The translations under genes and the position numbers were made by a program. A model generated the notes under the pieces. The model saw only the letters and a list, made by a program, of their open reading frames with translations. It was not told the origin of the DNA and ran no database searches. Below are positions 35,397 through 40,952 of a DNA stretch of 40,952 nucleotides, piece by piece. The stretch is from positions 1 through 40,952 of the IMG/VR virus record IMGVR_UViG_3300035141_000004. One strand, written 5' to 3'. The stretch is from a virus. Taxonomy: Duplodnaviria > Caudoviricetes. Numbering within the stretch: the stretch's first letter is position 1; every line of letters begins with the position of its first letter.

Positions 35397-36044
35397 TTAA
35401 AACTCCACCATCAACATAACGCCGTGATAACCTTCTACGGCCGTCGGAAATTCGGCGCAGGTCTCGCCTAACATTGCCCTGGTGTAGATCACCTTGGCGC
35501 CGTCAAAGTTCCAGCCGACCGAAAACATCTTGCCCATCGCGCGGCCGCCATCATACTCATGGACCACGTCGCCGCTCCATGTATTGTAGGCATCAAAATG
35601 CCACGTCACGTCATTGTACAGCAATCCGGCCTCAAGGTACAGCGGATTGTCCTGTGGTGTCGAGAGGGTCAAGTACAGTGCGCTTGCATGGCCCGTGCCC
35701 CGAAACAGGGCGCGGCGTTCGTCGCACTTCATCGACTGGTAACAGCCTCCCGGATTCATTGGGCTGTATTGATTGTCTGGGATCGCTTCACTATCAAGCA
35801 TGTGTTTCCCAAAATCGATGTAGCCGCCATGCACGGCGAAGGCATCGAAGTTGTAAACAGCACCGATCCTGAAGAGGTCGTGGTCCAGGTGCTTTTCATG
35901 TGGCATCTGCTCTTGATAGTAGGTGCCGTCTTTCTTTTCCTGAAACGCGCCATACCCATACCCGATCTCGGCAGACCAGTCCGCGTTGACAGGTTGGCTG
36001 GATGCGACCAGTAACACTGATAAGATTGTAAGTAGTTTTTTCAT
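35397..36044 (-). CDS. Outer-membrane beta-barrel protein
   Basis: Signal peptide MKKLLTILSVLLVASSQPVNA; amphipathic strands; C-terminal Phe (..VMLMVEF). Confidence 0.75.
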   Translation of the reverse strand: MKKLLTILSVLLVASSQPVNADWSAEIGYGYGAFQEKKDGTYYQEQMPHEKHLDHDLFRIGAVYNFDAFAVHGGYIDFGKHMLDSEAIPDNQYSPMNPGGCYQSMKCDERRALFRGTGHASALYLTLSTPQDNPLYLEAGLLYNDVTWHFDAYNTWSGDVVHEYDGGRAMGKMFSVGWNFDGAKVIYTRAMLGETCAEFPTAVEGYHGVMLMVEF

Positions 36045-36217
36045 GATGCTAAGCTCCCCATTGATTCTGATATCAGAATGACACAAGCCACCAACAAAAT
36101 CAAGTACGATCCGAAAAAAATTGTGTTACGCGCAGCCTCGCCGATCTGGCTTTTTGGGTTCAGTGTCGGCATGGTTATTAATGCTACTAATGCGCCAATA
36201 AGTAAGTATGTGGCCAT
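36041..36217 (-). CDS. 58-aa two-TM membrane protein; not in ORF track
   Basis: MATYLLIGALVALITM...IFFGSYLILLVACVILIS; GAGG RBS; ATGA overlap with OMP start. Confidence 0.65.
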   Translation of the reverse strand: MATYLLIGALVALITMPTLNPKSQIGEAARNTIFFGSYLILLVACVILISESMGSLAS

Positions 36218-36221
36218 GATG

Positions 36222-36431
36222 TTACACCTCTATGACCAAGCGCGGTGGAAAACAATAAGCGTACTCACCATGCCACTCGCTTGCAATATAGTGTCTCGCA
36301 TTAAAGATAAGATCAATGACAACCTGATGCCACTCATTATCTGGACAATCAAGAACGAATCCAACAATACGGCCGTCCGGAGTTACAACATCATACCCAT
36401 ACTCACAGCTTCTCATCACATAAAATTTCAT
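36222..36431 (-). CDS. Hypothetical protein
   Basis: GAGG RBS; packed in operon. Confidence 0.6.
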   Translation of the reverse strand: MKFYVMRSCEYGYDVVTPDGRIVGFVLDCPDNEWHQVVIDLIFNARHYIASEWHGEYAYCFPPRLVIEV

Positions 36432-36443
36432 TTTACACCTCTA

Positions 36444-36578
36444 TTATGTAAACATAAACACTGCATACAGTGCGACAAGTGATAGACCAAAAACCGTGCC
36501 AACTGCCGACTTGATGTTGTCAAGGCGCGTGATTTGCGGCTTCAGACCTGGGTCTGGTATGTGGATTTCTTGTTTCAT
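36444..36578 (-). CDS. 44-aa protein with C-terminal TM segment
   Basis: MKQEIHIPDP...AVGTVFGLSLVALYAVFMFT; AGGAG RBS. Confidence 0.6.
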   Translation of the reverse strand: MKQEIHIPDPGLKPQITRLDNIKSAVGTVFGLSLVALYAVFMFT

Positions 36579-36640
36579 GGCTATCTCCTGTTGTGTTATT
36601 GATAGTATAGCACATGATTTTGGTTGTGTTGGGAATTTGG

Positions 36641-36865
36641 TTACCAGAATATGCAATCATCGTCAAACAAGAACGTACCGAACTCCTGCGCGTCATGCCG
36701 ATCCATGATCACGTGTGCCGTGTAGTCATATGCGGCCTGGAGAGCGTCGATAGCTTCCTCTGGTATACCATCGGCCCAGTTCGGGCCGTACGTTACATAT
36801 ACCTCGCCCGTGATGTCGCTCTCGAATGCCGCTTTCCAGTTCATGTCGCTCATGTCGGTGTCCAT
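36641..36865 (-). CDS. Hypothetical acidic protein
   Basis: ORF in early region. Confidence 0.55.
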   Translation of the reverse strand: MDTDMSDMNWKAAFESDITGEVYVTYGPNWADGIPEEAIDALQAAYDYTAHVIMDRHDAQEFGTFLFDDDCIFW

Positions 36866-36964
36866 CTGCGTCTTGTGATTTTATATACTTAATATAGTGC
36901 CATATCGACCAGATTGGTTCAAATTGTATTTCCTAATCGAACCGATCCAGATGATAGGCTTGCG

Positions 36965-37147
36965 CTAAATCTCGTCTTCGGCGGCCATTAGGTCTAATAT
37001 GCCGTCGCACCAGCCGGTGGTCCAGCACAGCCATGCCGAGGTGCCATAAAAGTACGGGTTTTCAGATCGTTTGCCGTGCACTTGTGCGCAATCGTACCCT
37101 GCGTCGTAGATGTCCAGGTATTCTGCAAATCGTCTGTTCTCTTTCAT
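36965..37147 (-). CDS. Small protein with Rmf/CrpP-like motif
   Basis: YDAGYD.A..GK..ENPY....W..GW.DG; AGGAG RBS. Confidence 0.6.
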   Translation of the reverse strand: MKENRRFAEYLDIYDAGYDCAQVHGKRSENPYFYGTSAWLCWTTGWCDGILDLMAAEDEI

Positions 37148-37158
37148 GTCTGTTGCTC

Positions 37159-37290
37159 CTATGAGTAAATCGGTGTGTAGCCGCCGCGCAGTTGCTTTGC
37201 GCGGATGAGGCCCCATTCAAAGTAGGCGCGAAACGATACATTGGATGCGTATATTTCCATGTTGAATGTGCTGGAATATGCAATAATCAT
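37159..37290 (-). CDS. Hypothetical 43-aa protein; not in ORF track
   Basis: MIIAYSSTFNMEIY...; AGGA RBS directly after promoter. Confidence 0.5.
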   Translation of the reverse strand: MIIAYSSTFNMEIYASNVSFRAYFEWGLIRAKQLRGGYTPIYS

Positions 37291-37324
37291 GTCTGTATCC
37301 TGTGTTTGTGTCCTGTTATATATA

Positions 37325-37352
37325 ATAGTAGCACAGATCTGGTTGGTGTCAA
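37325..37352 (-). promoter_or_regulatory. sigma70-type promoter (TTCCTTGACA family)
   Basis: TTGACA-N16-TACTAT with TGn. Confidence 0.75.
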
Positions 37353-37356
37353 GGAA

Positions 37357-37671
37357 TTAAAATACCATAGTGTCATCATCTGCGAAGTAGAGGGCGCTGT
37401 CCCAGATCGCATCGATAAAGCCATCAATGTCATCATCATCTAGATATGAGATTGCGTCGTAATCGGATGCGTCATACTCTTCTAACTCAGGATCAACGCC
37501 GTCGATCAGGGCGGCCTGCAGGGAGTGATTGCCGTCGATCACGTAGCGTACCTCTTGCCCATCAATCGCAAAAACGGGAGAAACCTGAACGGTGTAATCT
37601 TGTGCTTCGCTCTTTTCTGAGACGATCTCGTCGTTGATATATGCTTGGCTGCTGATTAATCTGGCTGACAT
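37357..37671 (-). CDS. ParB/Srx-like N-terminal domain protein
   Basis: LISSQ.YI, YVIDGNHSL.AA motif. Confidence 0.6.
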   Translation of the reverse strand: MSARLISSQAYINDEIVSEKSEAQDYTVQVSPVFAIDGQEVRYVIDGNHSLQAALIDGVDPELEEYDASDYDAISYLDDDDIDGFIDAIWDSALYFADDDTMVF

Positions 37672-37707
37672 TTTGATTGCTCCGGTTCCTGTGTCTCTTT
37701 AATTATA

Positions 37708-37735
37708 AGCATAGCACAATAGCGCAGGCTGTCAA
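37708..37735 (-). promoter_or_regulatory. sigma70-type promoter (TTCCTTGACA family)
   Basis: TTGACA-N16-TATGCT with TGn. Confidence 0.75.
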
Positions 37736-37787
37736 GGAATTAAAGTAATGAACTTAGACACTAAAAACCCCGGACTGGCCGGGGTTG
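37730..37787 (-). repeat. 58-bp terminator/promoter junction repeat, copy 1
   Basis: Near-identical to 38865-38922; last 26 bp identical. Confidence 0.9.
37762..37787 (-). terminator. Intrinsic terminator
   Basis: AACCCCGG-CCAGT-CCGGGGTT followed by T-run on - strand. Confidence 0.85.
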
Positions 37788-37790
37788 GTG

Positions 37791-38120
37791 TTATTGCATT
37801 GCTTTCATAGCGTCTTGCAAGCCGGTGAAATATGCTGCCATCTCTTCAGCGGTCGCATACTCGCGGCCATTGAAGATAAAACCTCCTGATTGCGCCTTGA
37901 CGGTAGGTGCATCGTCCTCGATAAGCTCGAACCTCTTGCGTAATGCGGCCCACTTGCCGCCCAGTACAACACGAGCGTTTCCTTGGTTATTGAAATCGAT
38001 TCGATACCCGCCCCACAGGACATAATATCCTATTATTACCCCGATGTCACCGACATTGTAACACTTCATCGTGTCGTCGGTAATTCGGACCTTCTTGCCT
38101 ATTAAATCTTTGCCGTTCAT
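37791..38120 (-). CDS. Hypothetical protein (SH3-like N-terminus; C-terminal module shared with 38117-38479)
   Basis: MNGKDLIGKKVRI..Y.VGDIG.I; GGAGG RBS; ATGA overlap. Confidence 0.7.
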   Translation of the reverse strand: MNGKDLIGKKVRITDDTMKCYNVGDIGVIIGYYVLWGGYRIDFNNQGNARVVLGGKWAALRKRFELIEDDAPTVKAQSGGFIFNGREYATAEEMAAYFTGLQDAMKAMQ

Positions 38121-38479
38121 TTGTTTGCCTCCTGTGCGTCGTGCCAGCCGGTTAGATAGATCTTGGCCTCTGCAGCGGTCATGTCCTCGTGTCCGTTGAT
38201 GTCGAAGAGGTTGCCTTTTCTGCATATGATGGTTGGGCCATCGTCAGTTGTGGTATGTCTTGAGTCAACCCAATCATCAAATGAGAGTGAAACGTGAGCG
38301 CTTTCCTGGAAACGAACCATCCGAAAGTCTCTGACCAGAATGTCAGTTGGGTATGCATACGTGTCTAGGTCGGCGGCTATGTAGCTCATATCTAGGTCTG
38401 GGTTATCAATTAATGCCTGGAGTTGCTCTGGAGAGTCAACCTCGATGGAAAATTCGCGTGCTGTGATTTTACCGTTCAT
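38117..38479 (-). CDS. Hypothetical protein
   Basis: GAGG RBS; C-terminus similar to downstream gene. Confidence 0.7.
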   Translation of the reverse strand: MNGKITAREFSIEVDSPEQLQALIDNPDLDMSYIAADLDTYAYPTDILVRDFRMVRFQESAHVSLSFDDWVDSRHTTTDDGPTIICRKGNLFDINGHEDMTAAEAKIYLTGWHDAQEANK

Positions 38480-38809
38480 TCAGTTTTCCTCATAATGCTG
38501 CGTTTTTAGGGTGATAACGACTGGATCATCTGTTGGGAGCATGGTTCGGGTGATGCCGGGAAAGTCATACATATGGCCATCAAGCTCATCACGCTCTTGT
38601 ACGTAGCCATTGGGATACAAAACAACATATCTTGTCGTCTCAACAAGCTTTGGCTCTGGTTTGATTCGGTAGTTGCATCGTTCCCAGCTCCAGGTCGGGG
38701 TTGTGGCGGGCAGCCATGTTGGTTTTGGTGCACGAACCATCACATATTCGATTTCTTTACCTGCCTCAAAAGCCTCCATAATCTCGATTTTTTCTCGTGT
38801 TGTTGTCAT
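38480..38809 (-). CDS. Small phage hypothetical protein
   Basis: IEIMEAFEAGKEIEY..W...P.W.W....YRIKPEP. Confidence 0.75.
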   Translation of the reverse strand: MTTTREKIEIMEAFEAGKEIEYVMVRAPKPTWLPATTPTWSWERCNYRIKPEPKLVETTRYVVLYPNGYVQERDELDGHMYDFPGITRTMLPTDDPVVITLKTQHYEEN

Positions 38810-38841
38810 GTTACATGTCCTCGTGTTTGGTTGATATAGTG

Positions 38842-38870
38842 ATAGTATAGCATGGTCCGAGTGATGTCAA
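38842..38870 (-). promoter_or_regulatory. sigma70-type promoter (TTCCTTGACA family)
   Basis: TTGACA-N17-TACTAT. Confidence 0.75.
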
Positions 38871-38922
38871 GGAACCAAAGTAATTAGATTGGACATTAAA
38901 AACCCCGGACTGGCCGGGGTTG
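38865..38922 (-). repeat. 58-bp terminator/promoter junction repeat, copy 2 (terminator 38897-38922)
   Basis: Near-identical to 37730-37787. Confidence 0.9.
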
Positions 38923-38931
38923 CTTTGTGAG

Positions 38932-39153
38932 TTAATCTCGTGGGTCTGTCCAGTCGCCAATTTTTATACTGTCTTTTAGGACTGTTGCGTCATCTGCGCA
39001 TATACGACGCAATTCTTCAATGGCCGCGTTGATCAGCTCCGCATCATCAAGGTGGCTTTGAGACTCGTCTGTCAGGCTGACTCGGTTGATGTATGCCGCT
39101 CTGTATGTAGTAGACATCATGTCACATATCCTCTTTTGGTTGTTTATGTTCAA
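38932..39153 (-). CDS. Hypothetical protein
   Basis: ORF ending just before terminator; true start probably near 39120. Confidence 0.6.
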   Translation of the reverse strand: MNINNQKRICDMMSTTYRAAYINRVSLTDESQSHLDDAELINAAIEELRRICADDATVLKDSIKIGDWTDPRD

Positions 39154-39469
39154 TTACTAGCCTAGACCTTAGGGCTATAAGATACTTAAGCATGGCTTTT
39201 TGACTGTTAGCGCAACCTAAAGCAGCGTCGACATACGGGGTCCCGCGGCAGTGGGTAACTGTGTCTATGCCAACCACGCATTGTTGACAGTTACGGCTAC
39301 GGTCATCCTCCGTCCGGGAGTCGTCTAGCTCACATAAAGCACACTCGGGGATGCCAGCGTCTTCCCACTCATATTCCAGACCACCAACCTCAACGATCTT
39401 TTCCCAGCGCTCAATGCTGGCGTCAAGGGCGTCGGAGTCCACTTGTTCACATATTATTTGATCGGTCAT
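39122..39469 (-). CDS. Hypothetical Cys-rich protein
   Basis: AL..SI.RWE.I, CALC, C..C, C.GTPY. Confidence 0.7.
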   Translation of the reverse strand: MTDQIICEQVDSDALDASIERWEKIVEVGGLEYEWEDAGIPECALCELDDSRTEDDRSRNCQQCVVGIDTVTHCRGTPYVDAALGCANSQKAMLKYLIALRSRLVIEHKQPKEDM

Positions 39470-39504
39470 GTTTATGGTCCTTAAGGTAGCTAGTGACTAC
39501 AATC

Positions 39505-39533
39505 ATAGTACACGACCATTGGATGGCTGTCAA
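39505..39533 (-). promoter_or_regulatory. sigma70-type promoter (TTCCTTGACA family)
   Basis: TTGACA-N17-TACTAT. Confidence 0.8.
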
Positions 39534-39557
39534 GGAATTAAAGTTGTTGGATCGAGA

Positions 39558-39916
39558 TTATTCGATGGTCCAGACGTGCGACACGCGGTATAGCCGATCC
39601 TTGGTCCAGTCCATCACCAGGCCGCCTACGAGCGGGATAACGTGGTCTTTGATCCAAACGATATGCCTACCCATTGGTTTTGCTCTTGCTATCGTCCTGA
39701 CGGTGTAGCGGCGGCCTGAGGGCTGTCTTATATCGGTCAGGATGACGGTCAGGCCGAGGTCGTCGGTGAGGACATCGAGGATCATCGATGCATCGGTGGC
39801 GTGTCTCCGTCTGATCGGCCGCGATCCTTAAATAAACGGTGTATGGTATCGTATGGTGTGCCGGTGACCACTGACACGGCGTAGATGGCGCAGTCGTTGG
39901 GTTCGCGCGAGATCAT
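39558..39916 (-). pseudogene. Possibly frameshifted gene for a papain/C39-like small protein (fragments 39782-39916 and 39558-39785)
   Basis: EPNDCAIYAVSVVTG.PY..IH...GR in one frame; HVI.LV.G.V.DW in another; junction GAC AC GCC. Confidence 0.45.
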
Positions 39917-39923
39917 TGACGTA

Positions 39924-40127
39924 CTATAGATACTCTATTTCCCAGGTTGGGTGTAACAGCGTTTGCAGGCCAGCGTTTGGTCCGTCGATTATCCTGCATC
40001 GCAGATATTGGTCCTTGCTGCCAATAATTTCCATGAGTGTTGTGGCGCTTTTATTGCCGCTGTAGCGTAGTCTCCCGCCGCGCTTGGCTGGGACGCTATA
40101 GTATTGTCGGATGGATTGCATGCTCAT
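39924..40127 (-). CDS. Small phage hypothetical protein
   Basis: IR.YY.VPAKRG.R...HPTWEIEYL; first gene after promoter. Confidence 0.75.
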   Translation of the reverse strand: MSMQSIRQYYSVPAKRGGRLRYSGNKSATTLMEIIGSKDQYLRCRIIDGPNAGLQTLLHPTWEIEYL

Positions 40128-40166
40128 AATGATGTGCCTCGCTTGTATGGTATGTGCATGTCATAC

Positions 40167-40195
40167 ATTGTACAAACTGGCCGCGCTCGTGTCAA
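40167..40195 (-). promoter_or_regulatory. Strong leftward sigma70 promoter
   Basis: TTGACA-N17-TACAAT. Confidence 0.8.
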
Positions 40196-40295
40196 TTGTG
40201 ATTTATTTGATGCCTATATACAAAATACTTATGAGCGGGAGATTTTGTTTTTTTCTTCTTCTTTGTCTTACGTGCCCGTCCCGGTCACTCTTGAA

Positions 40296-40370
40296 TTTAC
40301 AAATATCTCCTATCTAACTAGCTTGGCGCCTCGAAGCGACTACGCTAGTTAGATAGGAGATATTTGTAAA
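40296..40370. repeat. Perfect 27-bp inverted repeat with 21-bp spacer
   Basis: TTTACAAATATCTCCTATCTAACTAGC (40296-40322) and its reverse complement (40344-40370). Confidence 0.95.
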
Positions 40371-40676
40371 GGTTCAGAGTGTGACTGATATTTTTTTAAT
40401 TAATTAATTCTTTGTTGTTTAATTGTAATATAATCAATGTATTATATATGTTTTGTAGAATCTGGATTCAAACAATCAAATAACGCTTTTTTGAGAATAT
40501 TTTCCCAAAACATAAAAAATTCAATGTTTTCAATATGGGCAAGTCAATCTGCCCAATTTGCCTACCTCATAATGTTCTCATGATGTGGAAATTTTGCTGT
40601 TTTGAGTGATATTGTCTATTTTAGTGCATATCGTTTAGGTGACAAACTTAAAGTTGATTCTAGATTCAATTAGGTG

Positions 40677-40705
40677 TTGACATGTGACGATTGTTAGTAT
40701 AGACT
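40677..40705 (+). promoter_or_regulatory. Rightward sigma70 promoter
   Basis: TTGACA-N17-TAGACT upstream of GAGGTG RBS. Confidence 0.7.
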
Positions 40706-40738
40706 GGGTATGTAACGGTCAACAAGTGAGGTGATGAG

Positions 40739-40952
40739 ATGAGCATGACAGCGAAAGACATGATCGATGTGATCAGGGCGGTTGAGAACGGGGAAGTGGT
40801 GCAGATGAGGCCACAATGTCACGATGAGCCCTGGGCGGACAGAGACGCTGCTTGTGGTCTTGATTTGAATTTTGGTTTGCTCGAGTATCGGGTCAAGCCA
40901 AAGCCTAAGGTGGTTGTCTGGTGGATTGGGGTTGATAATGATGGCAACAGCT
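40739..40952 (+). CDS. Partial hypothetical protein, paralogue of 38480-38809 (runs off window)
   Basis: MSMTAKDMIDVIRAVENGEVVQ...W...YRVKPKP; open to the window end. Confidence 0.7.
   Translation, partial: MSMTAKDMIDVIRAVENGEVVQMRPQCHDEPWADRDAACGLDLNFGLLEYRVKPKPKVVVWWIGVDNDGNS

Noticed and set aside
36900-36960. Intergenic element with short inverted repeat (GGTTC...GAACC)
   Set aside because: Single copy and weak pairing; possibly a weak promoter but not supportable
40296-40370. Protelomerase telRL site
   Set aside because: Has a 21-bp non-palindromic spacer, and no protelomerase gene is visible
1-40952. Genome-wide TAG reassignment
   Set aside because: Only one internal TAG seen; TAG ends several genes at expected positions, and long genes are intact under code 11
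1-40952. Lysogeny module, tRNA or rRNA genes
   Set aside because: No integrase/repressor motifs or cloverleaf seen; lifestyle cannot be settled because the window ends mid-gene

Overview
Most of the genome of a tailed dsDNA siphovirus with an HK97-like head, probably infecting a proteobacterium (inferred from the OMP-like gene, sigma70 promoters and terminase type). The + strand (125-22271) is one late operon: terS, terL, portal, protease, capsid, neck, tail with a -1 frameshift chaperone, tape measure, tail tip and holin. The - strand (22325-40127) carries replication/recombination genes (primase-helicase, Sak4-like ATPase, SSB-like, Cas4-like nuclease, SF2 helicase, VRR-NUC), a T5 A1-like metallo-nuclease, an HNH nuclease, a beta-barrel OMP and many small early genes in repeated promoter/terminator cassettes. 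A divergent-promoter region with a perfect 27-bp inverted repeat lies at 40.2-40.7 kb, and the window ends inside a gene. No integrase, repressor or endolysin is recognisable. Highlights: (1) a tail-terminator gene that appears to have one terminator domain nested in another and carries an in-frame TAG; (2) a 3.8-kb insertion in the neck module that seems to include a displaced distal-tail gene; (3) three unannotated membrane micropeptides with identical 14-nt RBS/start sequences coupled to the A1-like nuclease; (4) recurrent small-gene paralogues and cassettes; (5) a candidate RNA pseudoknot before the tail chaperone. All family calls come from motif recognition by eye, not database searches.
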